Positions 29,989 through 39,731 of a stretch of 64,000 nucleotides of DNA are shown one piece after another. The position numbers were made by a program, and so were the translations under genes. Source of the DNA: Tabrizicola sp. (GTDB lineage Bacteria; Pseudomonadota; Alphaproteobacteria; Rhodobacterales; Rhodobacteraceae); the NCBI RefSeq assembly GCF_030373185.1, contig NZ_JAUCZH010000002.1, positions 290,151 through 354,150 on the forward strand, read 5' to 3'. The stretch's first letter is position 1; each line of letters opens with the position of its first letter. The notes under the pieces were generated by a model, which saw only the letters and a program-made list of their open reading frames with translations, searched no databases and was not told where the DNA came from.

Positions 29989-31247
29989 GCTTTCTTCCCC
30001 GGCTGAATTGTCTTGTCCGCCAAGGCACACAGCGCACGGATCTGCGTCGAGTGGGCGACGTCGCCCTTCGTGGCGAAAAGCTCGTGGTTCTGTGCCACGC
30101 AGCCCAGGTCATAGAGGTAATTGACCATCAGCCCCGCCGACTGCCCCAGACCCTTTGCAGAGGTATCGGCATCGGCATGGACCTGATGCACGATGGCCCC
30201 GTTGCCGAGGTGAAACCGCGCGACCGGATCGATGGGCATGCCGGTTCGGTCTTTCGCATGGACAAGATAGTGGGCGCCAAAAGCGCAAAGAAGCTGCCGG
30301 TCCGCCGTCGCGGCATCAATCCCGGTCTCGGCCAACCATTTGGCGAAACCGGGCAGTGGGGACAGTGTCACAAAGGTCCGAAGTCCGGGCAGTTCCTGCG
30401 ACAGATCCGCCGCAACTTGCTTGATCAGCGAATTGCCGAACGAGATCCCCGCAAGGCCTGGCTGGCAGTTGGATATCGAATAGAATACCGCCGTATCCGC
30501 CTCTTCCGCAGGCCGCACCTCTCGGCTTTCCGCCAGCAGGGTCTGGATCGACTGTGCGACGCCTCTCATCAGCGCAACCTCGACGAAGATCAGCGGCTCG
30601 TCCGGCATTGCAGGATGAAAGAAGGCGAAGCAGCGGCGGTCGGCAGGCTCCAGCCGCCGCCGCAGGTCGTCCCAACTGTCGATCGCATGAACCGCCTCAT
30701 AGGCGATGATCTTTTCAAGAACATGCGCCGGGCTTTCCCAGCTGATCGGGCGCAGCACCAGAAAGCCACGGTTGAACCACGACGCCAGAAGATGGCGGAA
30801 ATCCAGATCCAGCGCCTCAAGGCCCGGCTCGCCCCGGCCCAGACGCAAGAGATCGGCGCGCATCCGTACCAGACCACCGGTCGCTCCCGGAGCCCGGTTC
30901 AGCCGTCTGATCAACTCCTGCCGAGGCGGTTCTGCGGCCGCCGCAAAGTCCCGGTAAGTGACCTTCGACGGCGAGGCTTCATAGGCGTCCAGCGCCTGAC
31001 GCACTTTGTCCGCAGAGATGTTCATCTCGACAGCCATCATCCGGAAGAAAGCAAGCTTGCCGGCATCGTCAAGCGAGTCATAACCGGAAAGGATCGCAAA
31101 TGCCGAGGCGAGCCCCGACGCCTCCCCTGCCCCCCCGACCAGGTCGCATGCCAGTTCAGAAAGCGTCTTCTCGCTCGGCCCGGCAGGAGCCTGCCGCACC
31201 TTGCGGCGGTCGAACACGCTGGCCAGAAGATCGGCCAACATGGTCAT
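29985..31247 (-). CDS. matA: Malonyl-CoA decarboxylase
   Basis: LLASWFNRGFL, EKIIAYEAVH, PDEPLIFVEVAL, FYSISNCQPGL.GISFGNSLIK, TLSP.PGF, DPVARFHLGNGA. Confidence 0.93.
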   Translation of the reverse strand: MTMLADLLASVFDRRKVRQAPAGPSEKTLSELACDLVGGAGEASGLASAFAILSGYDSLDDAGKLAFFRMMAVEMNISADKVRQALDAYEASPSKVTYRDFAAAAEPPRQELIRRLNRAPGATGGLVRMRADLLRLGRGEPGLEALDLDFRHLLASWFNRGFLVLRPISWESPAHVLEKIIAYEAVHAIDSWDDLRRRLEPADRRCFAFFHPAMPDEPLIFVEVALMRGVAQSIQTLLAESREVRPAEEADTAVFYSISNCQPGLAGISFGNSLIKQVAADLSQELPGLRTFVTLSPLPGFAKWLAETGIDAATADRQLLCAFGAHYLVHAKDRTGMPIDPVARFHLGNGAIVHQVHADADTSAKGLGQSAGLMVNYLYDLGCVAQNHELFATKGDVAHSTQIRALCALADKTIQPGKKA

Positions 31248-31621
31248 GATGTGCCTTCGCGGTCAGCTTGGCGCAGGAAGGGGGATCGCTCCGCCATTTC
31301 CCTGGACGCGCAGCGCTGCTTTGGCAGGCCCTGACAGATGCTGAGAACTCGCCTCGCCCCCGCGTTCATGTTTGGCACATCTCCTGAGTGACCCGTCGCA
31401 GCAACTCCACTGATCTGCGAAAGAACAGGTGCATGGTTGCGCAACTCGCTACGCCATCCCGTGAACTTACCAATGGTCAGTATTTTGTGTCAATAGATCA
31501 TGATCTGCCCATTGGCACGCAATTTTGGCATCTTCCGTCGGCTCCTTCATCACCTGTCGCCATCAAGGCGAAGAGCCAAGCCAGGACATGCCCACGCATC
31601 AGCATGACCACCGCGCTCGGA

Positions 31622-32155
31622 TCACCCCGTCGCAGCGGTGAATGCCAGATAGTTCAGCACCGCGACCACGGCCCAGAATGGAGCGAAAACGATGCCGATA
31701 TTGCGGCCGTTGCGGCTGATTTTCGGGTGATGACCCAGACCGGGAATGCCGGCATGATTGGCATTCACCACTGCAAACAAGCCCGCCATGATCCCCAGGA
31801 CGAAATGCAGCGCATGGCGATCCGCCAGAGGCAGGCCCAACCCATAGATCGCGCCCGCGGCCAACGCGATGAAAGCCAGCGCGCCCTGACGCTGCTCGAA
31901 CAGCATCAGGAAGATGTAATCTGCCCCAACGGGATACTTGCCCTTTGGTGCAGCGTCCAACGCCGCATCAAGCATCGCGACCTGTTCGTCAAGGGTCAGT
32001 CCGTTGGACAGGCGTGGAAGGCCGGGTGCAAAGACGGGCATTACCCAGTTCACCACCCAACGCGCCCAGAGCGGGCGATAGACTTCGACCGCGTGAACAA
32101 GCGCTGGGGCGAGGCAAAGTATCAGGCCAAGCGACGAGGCGAGGTATGTCGGCAT
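31622..32155 (-). CDS. Hypothetical membrane protein
   Basis: 177-aa ORF with 3-4 hydrophobic helices and a GGAG RBS. Confidence 0.65.
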   Translation of the reverse strand: MPTYLASSLGLILCLAPALVHAVEVYRPLWARWVVNWVMPVFAPGLPRLSNGLTLDEQVAMLDAALDAAPKGKYPVGADYIFLMLFEQRQGALAFIALAAGAIYGLGLPLADRHALHFVLGIMAGLFAVVNANHAGIPGLGHHPKISRNGRNIGIVFAPFWAVVAVLNYLAFTAATG

Positions 32156-32311
32156 TCAGGGCGCTCCTTCGGATCAGGGCAGGAACGGAGCAAGCTGTGC
32201 CAAGATCGAAAAGGCCGGGCTTCCGTTCCTCATTCAGCCGTCATCATTCAGACGGCACTTCGGACGTACTCGTTGCCAAAGAAATCTGGCACCGAGTTGC
32301 AGGTCGCCTGC

Positions 32312-32734
32312 CTATTCTGCCAGTGCGACGTCGCGGGGGCCGGTGAAGGCGAGGAGACCGATGCAGGGGATGTTGCTGTCGCAGCGATCACCATGCACAA
32401 CGCCTCCTTCGACCAGGGAATAATCGCCGGGAGCGGTTGAGACCTCGGTACCATCCGCTTCGATGTGGACCCAGGTGCCGGAAATGCTGAGTCCCCGGTA
32501 GTCATGCGTATGCGTGTGCATCGGCACGGCAACACCCGGATCCATCTTGATCAGCCATGCGGCGCCGGTCGCGTCATCGCCCCAAGCCAGCGCAAGTTGC
32601 ACGCCGGGGATCGGCGCATCGACCCATTGCACGCTTTCAAGGGCAACATGGTTTCCGCCGTGGGCATGGCTTTCCGCAAAAGCAGCCGTCGTCAGCAGGG
32701 TTGCGGCAGCTGCGGCGGCGAGGGTCTTCGTCAT
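32312..32734 (-). CDS. Exported cupin protein (DUF4437-like)
   Basis: Signal MTKTLAAAAAATLL...AFA; cupin motif 1 PMHTHTHDY and motif 2 GGVVHGD. Confidence 0.75.
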   Translation of the reverse strand: MTKTLAAAAAATLLTTAAFAESHAHGGNHVALESVQWVDAPIPGVQLALAWGDDATGAAWLIKMDPGVAVPMHTHTHDYRGLSISGTWVHIEADGTEVSTAPGDYSLVEGGVVHGDRCDSNIPCIGLLAFTGPRDVALAE

Positions 32735-32793
32735 CTCAGTGATCCTTTCAGTCGAGGGTGCGTTTCCGGCAGAGGCTCTGGCGGGCAAGCCTT

Positions 32794-33672
32794 TCAGGCG
32801 TCCGTGCCGCTCAGAACGGTGTCGAGCCGCATTTCTTTCAGGATTGCATCCTGGATCGGCTGGGTGAGGCGGTTGATCTCGTCCGTACCCCAGGTGATGC
32901 CGACCACGGTGCGGGTCGGGCGTTTGCCTGCGGACAGGTTGGCCAGCTTGAGGTAAGCGTCGACCACCCACTGCGGATCGGGCGCGCCTTCGCTGGTCAG
33001 CAGCTCGGCGAAATGCGCGCCCATGGCCGTCGGCACCCCTGCAAGATCGCCGTAAGCCGACAACACGTCTTGGCGCACCGGCGGCTTTCCGGCCCCGAGA
33101 AGCCCAGTGCCGAAGGGGCCGGGCTCCACAATCGCGATATCGACACCAAACGCCGCGACTTCGTATCGCAGCGCCTGGGAATAGCCCTCGAGCGCGTGCT
33201 TGGTGGCCGTATAGGTACCGAAGAATGGCGGCGAGATGCGCCCGACCAGAGATGAGGTGTTGATGATCAGCCCAGCGCCCGCTGCCCGCATGCCCGGCAG
33301 AACAGCTTGCATTGCACGGATGGCCCCGAAGTAGTTCGTCTCCATCTGCTCTTGCGCCTGGGCCACGCTAAAAGCCTCGGAGATGCCAAGATACATCACC
33401 CCAGCATTGTTGATCAGGATATCAACCGATCCTTCAGCAATGATCGTGTCAAAGCCAACCTTGACCGAGGCGTCATTGGTCACATCCATCTCAATGATGG
33501 AAACGAGCGGTGAATGCGCCTCCAGTGCTGCCTTTTTGGCCGCATTGCGTCCTTTGGCATCACGCATGGTTCCCCAAACCCGGTCCCCGCGGTCAGCAAA
33601 TGCGCGAACCGCCGACTCGCCGAAACCGCTGCTGGCGCCAGTGATAACGACTGTTTTTCCGGTGTTTGCCAT
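32794..33672 (-). CDS. Short-chain dehydrogenase/reductase
   Basis: TGASSGFG, NNAG, YTATK, VEPGPF. Confidence 0.9.
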   Translation of the reverse strand: MANTGKTVVITGASSGFGESAVRAFADRGDRVWGTMRDAKGRNAAKKAALEAHSPLVSIIEMDVTNDASVKVGFDTIIAEGSVDILINNAGVMYLGISEAFSVAQAQEQMETNYFGAIRAMQAVLPGMRAAGAGLIINTSSLVGRISPPFFGTYTATKHALEGYSQALRYEVAAFGVDIAIVEPGPFGTGLLGAGKPPVRQDVLSAYGDLAGVPTAMGAHFAELLTSEGAPDPQWVVDAYLKLANLSAGKRPTRTVVGITWGTDEINRLTQPIQDAILKEMRLDTVLSGTDA

Positions 33673-33699
33673 GTCGCGCTCTCCTGCTTGCAAGTTTAG

Positions 33700-33757
33700 G
33701 TACTGACTGGTACGAATATCCGCAATGCATCGTCAAGGTAAAAATACCATGTGGTAT
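33700..33757. promoter_or_regulatory. Putative TetR operators in the divergent SDR/TetR promoter
   Basis: GTAC-TGACTG-GTAC at 33700-33713 and the perfect inverted repeat ATACCA-TG-TGGTAT at 33744-33757. Confidence 0.5.
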
Positions 33758-33761
33758 AAAA

Positions 33762-34367
33762 ATGAGTGACAAGGAGGCCAGATCCGCGCGAGGCCGGCCA
33801 AAGACGATGGACGCCGACAAGGTGCTCGACGTCGCGATGAGCGCCTATTGGCAGAGTGACCCGGCCGACGTGTCGGTCAACGCGATCTGTCAGATGGCGG
33901 GCATCTCAAAGCCCTCGCTATACCGCGAGTTCGGAAGCGAGGACGGGCTGACGCGGGCGGTTCTCGACAGCTACGCCGAGCGGGTCCTCTCAGCCATATT
34001 CGCAATTCTGCATGGCGGAATGGGGTTGCCGGACACGCTCGCTGCCCTGATCAACTTTGCCAGCGCGGACCCGCGCATGGAAACCGGCTGCCTGTTCTAC
34101 AAGATGCGCGTGGGCAAGCACCGCCTGGGTCCAGAGACACGCGCGCGGGTTGAAGAAATCGATGCAGCCGCGCAGGAGGCGTATGTGGCGTTCCTGAAAT
34201 CCTGTCGCGCGGCCGGTGATCTGCCAGCCGGGTTGTCGGTCGAGGCCGGCGCAAGATACCTTGGCGAACAGATCGCGCTGGCCATCACACAACGTGCCTC
34301 GGGTGAAGACCCGACCCGCATCCGCGAGATGCTCGGTCTGGCACTTTCGGTCTTCACCCGTCCATGA
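33762..34367 (+). CDS. TetR/AcrR-family regulator
   Basis: RGRPK, SVNAICQMAGISKPSLYREFGSEDGL. Confidence 0.9.
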   Translation: MSDKEARSARGRPKTMDADKVLDVAMSAYWQSDPADVSVNAICQMAGISKPSLYREFGSEDGLTRAVLDSYAERVLSAIFAILHGGMGLPDTLAALINFASADPRMETGCLFYKMRVGKHRLGPETRARVEEIDAAAQEAYVAFLKSCRAAGDLPAGLSVEAGARYLGEQIALAITQRASGEDPTRIREMLGLALSVFTRP

Positions 34368-35479
34368 CCGGCCCGCCGCGCGCGCTTATGCCCGACTACC
34401 TGAGGCTGATCGCGCTGTTCGGAATCGTCGTGGTAAATGTGCAGTTCATCGCCTTTTCTTCGTTTACCGGCTTTTCGAAGCCCGCCGGGGACTCGACCCT
34501 GGACTCGGTTGCGCTCTGGCTCGTCAACGGCCTGGCGTCGCTCAAGACCTATGGTCTGTTCTCTTTCATGTTCGGTGTCGGCCTCGGGCTCATGATGCGC
34601 TCAGCAGTGCGGCAGGGTCTCTCCTTCGGTCGGCTCTATCGAAACCGCATGATTGGGCTGCTGATCCTCGGGCTCGCCCATGGTTGCCTGCTATTTCCCG
34701 GTGACATACTGACGACCTATGCCGTGACGGGGTCGATTTTCTACCTTTTCAGGAACTTGCCGGTCACGCGCCTTGCCCGGGTTGGCGCGGGGCTCTTGTT
34801 GCTCCAGGCCATCATCGCGCCCATGCTGATCTTGTCCCTACCCGAAACGCCAGCGGACATTGTCGCGCTGGAGAGGTTGATCCTGACCGAGGGCAGTTTC
34901 CTGGACGTGGTCTTGCTGCGCAGTGCCAGTTACGCATTCACTGTCCCTTTCTTCCTGTTGATCCAGGGGACGGCGGCGCTTGGCTGGTTCTGCCTCGGGC
35001 TGGCTGCTGTCAAGTCCGGCATGATCGACAATGCAGCCCACCCTTGCTGGCGACTTGCGCGGAACTTGTGCCTGGTTCCCGGGGTCGCCCTTGGCCTGAC
35101 CGGCGCGGCGATCTGGCAATGGGGGCCGCACTTGCCGGGCGTCGTGCTGACCATTGTTGCCGCACCGATTGCAACGCTGGGCTATTTGGGACTGATTTCT
35201 GCGATCGTCCGCCCTCCGGGGCCGGCAATGGCGCGCGTACTGGCAGCGGGCGGGTCATCGCTCAGCGTCTATCTCGGCCAGTCGATCCTCCTGACGACCC
35301 TCTTTTCGGGCTACGGCTTCGGCCTATGGGACGAAGTCAGCCGGGTGACAGCCATCATCATTGCCGTCGCCGTGACGACAGCACTGATCCTGGCCCTTTC
35401 GATCTGGCGAACGCGCCTTGCACTCGGGCCTTTCGAATGGGTGCTTCGAAAAATCACATCTGCGAGGCACCACATCTAA
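34364..35479 (+). CDS. DUF418 (YeiB-like) membrane protein
   Basis: DYLRLIALFGI, KTYGLFSFMFGVG, GDILTTYA, SLSVYLGQS, GPFEWVLR. Confidence 0.88.
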   Translation: MTGPPRALMPDYLRLIALFGIVVVNVQFIAFSSFTGFSKPAGDSTLDSVALWLVNGLASLKTYGLFSFMFGVGLGLMMRSAVRQGLSFGRLYRNRMIGLLILGLAHGCLLFPGDILTTYAVTGSIFYLFRNLPVTRLARVGAGLLLLQAIIAPMLILSLPETPADIVALERLILTEGSFLDVVLLRSASYAFTVPFFLLIQGTAALGWFCLGLAAVKSGMIDNAAHPCWRLARNLCLVPGVALGLTGAAIWQWGPHLPGVVLTIVAAPIATLGYLGLISAIVRPPGPAMARVLAAGGSSLSVYLGQSILLTTLFSGYGFGLWDEVSRVTAIIIAVAVTTALILALSIWRTRLALGPFEWVLRKITSARHHI

Positions 35480-35948
35480 CGCTTTCGTCCAGTGCCTTTC
35501 TGCAAGGCACAGCGACTTGGAAAAATAACATTCCTGCACTTGCACATGTCAAAAATGGTTGATCGATCCGCAAGTGACGACAGTTGGTCAGGGACTGGGT
35601 GTCGGATGGGGTGATCATCGGGGCCTCGGTGGCTTTGGGCGCGCGCCGTGCGCCTTCTACCGACCCGCTCTGCTGAGCGTCTCAATCAACTGAATGGCAA
35701 TCGGTATCATCATATCGATCGGATGATCCGCACCATGAAGTGCATGAACGAGCGGGAGCATGCGGCCCATTCCGGGCTGTCACGCAGCGGGGGCGGCAGT
35801 ACGTTGTTGTCAATCATCAGGAAAAACCGGCCGTCGCATATGGCCAACTTCGATATGGCCAATGGCTGAACTATTGTCGTTTGCGCGGCGACGCGATGCG
35901 CAAGACGCTGGGGCGGAACGAACCGTTCGAGAACGCAAACGAGGCCCG

Positions 35949-37106
35949 ATGAACCGCATTGTCCGTTTGGAGACATTCCACAACGAGTTTGTTTGCTTCG
36001 TGCGTGTGACGGCAGAGGATGGAGCCGTCGGTTGGGGTCAAACTTCGACTTATAACGCCGATATCACGGCGCAGGTCTTTCACCGGCAGGTCGTCCCCTG
36101 GGCTCTGGGTGCCGACAGCGGTGATGTCGCCGGGCTTGTACACTTGATTGAGCGGCGCGAACACAAATACCCCGGAAGCTACCGCGCCCGTGCGCTTGCC
36201 GGTCTGGACACCGCTTTGTGGGATCTGGCCGGGAAGCGTGCTGGCAAGCCGGTCGCAAGCCTGATCGGCGGTGGGCCGGGGCCTGTGCGGGCCTATGCCA
36301 GTTCGATGAAGCGCGACATTTCGGCCAGAGACGAGGCCGAGCGGCTGGTGCGTCTTTGTGCCGAACAGGGTTTCACGGCGGCCAAATGGCGGATCGGCGC
36401 CGAATGCGGCGAAGACATCGACGAATGGCCCGGCAGGACAGAGGAGATCATTCCTGTTGTCTCGCGCGCCCTTGGCGATGGCATCGACAAGCTTGTCGAT
36501 GCCAATTCCGGCTTTTCGGTACCGCGTGCCATTGCGGTGGGCAGGATGCTGGAAGACAACGGTATCGGCCATTACGAGGAGCCGGTTCCCTACTGGGATC
36601 TTGAGGCCACGCGCGAAGTCACGGCGGCGCTCGACATTGATGTGACCGGCGGCGAACAGGACTGGGATTTGTCGACGTGGAAGCGCATCATCGACACGCG
36701 CGCCGTCGATGTGGTTCAGCCAGACATCATGTACATGGGCGGCCTGTCGCGCTCGCTTGAAGTGGCGCGCATGGCTGCGGCAGCAGGCCTGACCTGCACG
36801 CCGCATGCAGCCAATCTTTCGCTTGTCACGATCTGCACCATGCATCTGATGGCCGCGATTCCCAATGCCGGGAAGTACCTCGAACTGTCGATCGAGGGGG
36901 ATGACTACTACCCGTGGCAACGCGATCTGTTCCGCGGTCGCCCCTTCAAGGTCGTGGACGGCCATGTCACCGTGACCGACGCCCCCGGATGGGGTGTTGA
37001 CATAAGCCCCGCATGGCTCGACCGTGCCACTTACACCGAAGCCGCCATCGAGAGCTTCAGACCAAGCGCCTATGGCGCACTTTATTGCAAGGGAGGAAAA
37101 CCATGA
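35949..37106 (+). CDS. Mandelate racemase/MLE family enzyme (enolase superfamily)
   Basis: GLDTALWDLAGK, KWRIG, VDAN, YEEP, GGEQ, VVQPD, TPHAAN, PGWGV. Confidence 0.88.
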   Translation: MNRIVRLETFHNEFVCFVRVTAEDGAVGWGQTSTYNADITAQVFHRQVVPWALGADSGDVAGLVHLIERREHKYPGSYRARALAGLDTALWDLAGKRAGKPVASLIGGGPGPVRAYASSMKRDISARDEAERLVRLCAEQGFTAAKWRIGAECGEDIDEWPGRTEEIIPVVSRALGDGIDKLVDANSGFSVPRAIAVGRMLEDNGIGHYEEPVPYWDLEATREVTAALDIDVTGGEQDWDLSTWKRIIDTRAVDVVQPDIMYMGGLSRSLEVARMAAAAGLTCTPHAANLSLVTICTMHLMAAIPNAGKYLELSIEGDDYYPWQRDLFRGRPFKVVDGHVTVTDAPGWGVDISPAWLDRATYTEAAIESFRPSAYGALYCKGGKP

Positions 37107-38665
37107 CGAACACGATGACTCCGCGCGGGATGACCCGCCGCGGCATGTTGAAAAGCGGTATGGCCATGACGGCGGCCGGGCTGATCCTGCCGACCGGTAT
37201 GGCGATGGCTCAGTCAGAACCGAAAAAGGGCGGGGTGTTTCGCATCGGTCTCGGCCACGGCTCGACCACCGACAGCTACGATCCCGGCCTCTGGGACCAG
37301 CTCTATGTGCAGACCTTTGCTGCGGCGCGGGTCAACTATCTCATCGAGATTGCTGCCGACGGCAACCTTGCGCCCGAGCTTGCCGAAAGCTGGGATTCGA
37401 CCGATGGCGCCACCTGGGTGTTCAAGATCCGCGAAGGCGTCAGCTTCCATTCCGGCAAACCGATGACTCCCGATGACGTCGTGGCCTCGCTGAACCACCA
37501 CCGCGGCGACGCGTCGACTTCGGCGGTGAAGCCGTTCTTCGACCCGGTCACCGACATCAAGGTTGACGGGCAAAATGTCGTCGTCACCTTGAACGCGGCG
37601 AACGCCGACTTCCCCTATCTGATGTCGGACTATCACCTGCCCATCCTGCCAAGTGCCGAAGGCAAGATCGACCCCACCACTACCGATGGCACCGGCGGCT
37701 ATATCGTCGAGAGCTACGAGCCCGGCGTACAGGCGACGATGAATCGCAACCCGAACTACTGGAAGGCGGACCGGGCGCATTTCGACCAGATCATCATTCT
37801 GACCATCCTCGACCCGGCGGCACGTCTCAACGCCCTGATGACCGGCGAGGTGGACCTGATCGACCAGGTTGATCCGGCCGCGATTGCGCTGCTGGAAAGC
37901 CGTGGCGTGTCCAAGATCCTGTCGGTTTCGGGCAACGCACACTATGTCTTCCCGATGGATGCGCGCACTGCACCTTTCAACGACAACAACGTGCGTTTGG
38001 CTCTGAAATACGCCTTCGACCGTCAGGAGCTGGTCGACAAGATCCTTGCCGGTCACGGCTCGGTCGCCAATGACAACCCGATCGGCCCGGCGAACCGCTA
38101 CTACTTCGCCGAGATGGAGGCAAAGACCTACGATCCGGACAAGGCGAAGTTCCACCTCAAGGAAGCCGGTATGGACACGCTGGAGGTCACGCTGTCGGCC
38201 GCCAACGCCGCCTTCTCGGGCGCGGTCGATGCCGCTGTTCTGATGAGCGAAAAGGCCGCCGCTGCCGGCATCACGATCAATGTCGACCGGGTGCCGGACG
38301 ATGGCTACTGGGACAACGTCTGGATGAAGAAACCGTTCTGCGCGTCCTACTGGGGCGGCCGGCCGGTGGAAGACCAGATGTTCACCACCGCCTACGTCTC
38401 TGGCGCGGAGTGGAACGAGAGCTTCTGGTCGAACGAGTCCTTCGACAAGCTGCTCGTCGCCGCCCGGTCGGAACTGGACGACACCAAGCGCCGCGAGATG
38501 TATCAGGAAATGCAGCGGCTGGTGTCCTTTGAAGGCTCGACCATCATCCCGATGTACAACAACTATGTGATGGCCGTGGCAAACTCGGTCAGCACCCCCG
38601 AGAAGATCTCGGCCAACTGGAACCTTGACGGGTTCCGTTGCGTGGAGCGGTGGTGGTTCGCGTGA
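37103..38665 (+). CDS. ABC substrate-binding protein, family 5, TAT signal; copy 2
   Basis: GGGAGG RBS; MTRRGML leader; PELAESW, IREGVSFHSG, GTGGY, YWGGR. Confidence 0.92.
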   Translation: MTNTMTPRGMTRRGMLKSGMAMTAAGLILPTGMAMAQSEPKKGGVFRIGLGHGSTTDSYDPGLWDQLYVQTFAAARVNYLIEIAADGNLAPELAESWDSTDGATWVFKIREGVSFHSGKPMTPDDVVASLNHHRGDASTSAVKPFFDPVTDIKVDGQNVVVTLNAANADFPYLMSDYHLPILPSAEGKIDPTTTDGTGGYIVESYEPGVQATMNRNPNYWKADRAHFDQIIILTILDPAARLNALMTGEVDLIDQVDPAAIALLESRGVSKILSVSGNAHYVFPMDARTAPFNDNNVRLALKYAFDRQELVDKILAGHGSVANDNPIGPANRYYFAEMEAKTYDPDKAKFHLKEAGMDTLEVTLSAANAAFSGAVDAAVLMSEKAAAAGITINVDRVPDDGYWDNVWMKKPFCASYWGGRPVEDQMFTTAYVSGAEWNESFWSNESFDKLLVAARSELDDTKRREMYQEMQRLVSFEGSTIIPMYNNYVMAVANSVSTPEKISANWNLDGFRCVERWWFA

Positions 38666-38766
38666 TCCTTCGGATCTGACGACATGGCCCCGGCGGGTTC
38701 TGCCTGCCGGGGCCTTTCTGCCAATGCGGCGCAAAGACCGCAGGGCAAGAACAACGGCAAGCGGGG
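38624..38766. repeat. 143-bp perfect inverted repeat, partner at 26682-26824
   Basis: Direct comparison. Confidence 0.9.
38686..38719 (+). terminator. Stem-loop between the SBP and permease genes (attenuator or mRNA stabiliser)
   Basis: GGCCCCGGC...GCCGGGGCC-TTTCT. Confidence 0.55.
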
Positions 38767-38773
38767 GGATGGG

Positions 38774-39727
38774 ATGAACGATATCTGGCGAATGATCGGG
38801 CAGCGGCTGCTTTTGGGGGTTCTGACCCTGTTCATCATATCGGTGGTGATCTTCGGGGCGACCGAGCTTCTGCCGGGCGACCTTGCGCGTGAGCTTCTGG
38901 GCCAATCTGCGACCGAGGAAACCCTGGCCGCGCTGCGCGAGCAGCTGGGGCTCAATGATCCTGCACCCCTTCGCTACTGGAACTGGCTGACCGGCGTCTT
39001 GCAGGGCGATTTCGGCGTGTCGATGGCGACGCAAAAGCCGATATCGGAACTGGTCGGCACCCGGCTGGGCAACACGCTGTTCCTGGCGCTTTATGCTGCG
39101 GCCCTGTCGGTGCCGCTGTCTCTGCTGCTGGGCGTGCTGGCGGCCTTGTGGCGCAATTCGATCTTTGACCGCGCCTCGAACGCGCTGGCGCTGACGGCCA
39201 TCTCGTTCCCCGAATTCTTCGTGGCCTACATTCTTGTCCTGTGGCTGGCGCAGACCGGCATTTTCCCGTCGATGGTGCGCATCACCAGCGCGACGACGAC
39301 GGGCGATCTTCTCTATTCGGCTTTCCTACCGGCGCTGACGCTGACCCTTGTCGTCACCGCCCACATGATGCGGATGACGCGGGCGGCGATCATCAACCTT
39401 CTGGCCTCGCCCTATATCGAGATGGCCCGGCTGAAGGGCATGTCGCCGATGCGCGTCGTGCTGCGCCACGCGGTGCCGAACGCGCTGGCCCCGATCATCA
39501 ACGTGGTCGCGCTGAACCTTGCCTATCTCATTACGGGCGTAGTGGTGGTCGAGGTGGTCTTTGTCTACCCGGGCCTTGGCCAGTTGATGATCGACGCGGT
39601 CACCAACCGCGACATTGCGGTGGTGCAGGCCATCGCGCTGATCTTCGCGGCGGCCTATGTCCTGCTCAACCTTCTCGCGGATGTGCTCTCGACGATCACG
39701 AACCCGCGCCTGATGCACAGGAAGTAG
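38774..39727 (+). CDS. DppB/OppB-like permease
   Basis: LPGDLA, GDFGVS, EAA-loop region YIEMARLKG, HAVPNA, VEVVFVYPGLG. Confidence 0.92.
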   Translation: MNDIWRMIGQRLLLGVLTLFIISVVIFGATELLPGDLARELLGQSATEETLAALREQLGLNDPAPLRYWNWLTGVLQGDFGVSMATQKPISELVGTRLGNTLFLALYAAALSVPLSLLLGVLAALWRNSIFDRASNALALTAISFPEFFVAYILVLWLAQTGIFPSMVRITSATTTGDLLYSAFLPALTLTLVVTAHMMRMTRAAIINLLASPYIEMARLKGMSPMRVVLRHAVPNALAPIINVVALNLAYLITGVVVVEVVFVYPGLGQLMIDAVTNRDIAVVQAIALIFAAAYVLLNLLADVLSTITNPRLMHRK

Positions 39728-39731
39728 GGCC

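Noticed and set aside
31248-31620. Possible matR (GntR) remnant upstream of matA
   Set aside because: I could not recover an HTH or FCD motif in any frame.
32312-32734. Exported cupin as a possible DMSP lyase (DddL/Q/W/K/Y are cupins)
   Set aside because: Motif 1 (HTHTHDY) lacks the metal-binding Glu of Ddd cupins; it sits in a TetR-SDR cassette typical of generic DUF4437 proteins, not with acrylate genes.
35480-35948. Possible small gene or riboswitch upstream of the second enolase-superfamily gene
   Set aside because: Short ORFs without family signal; no glycine, SAM, THF or cobalamin riboswitch consensus recognised. An Infernal/Rfam scan would settle it.
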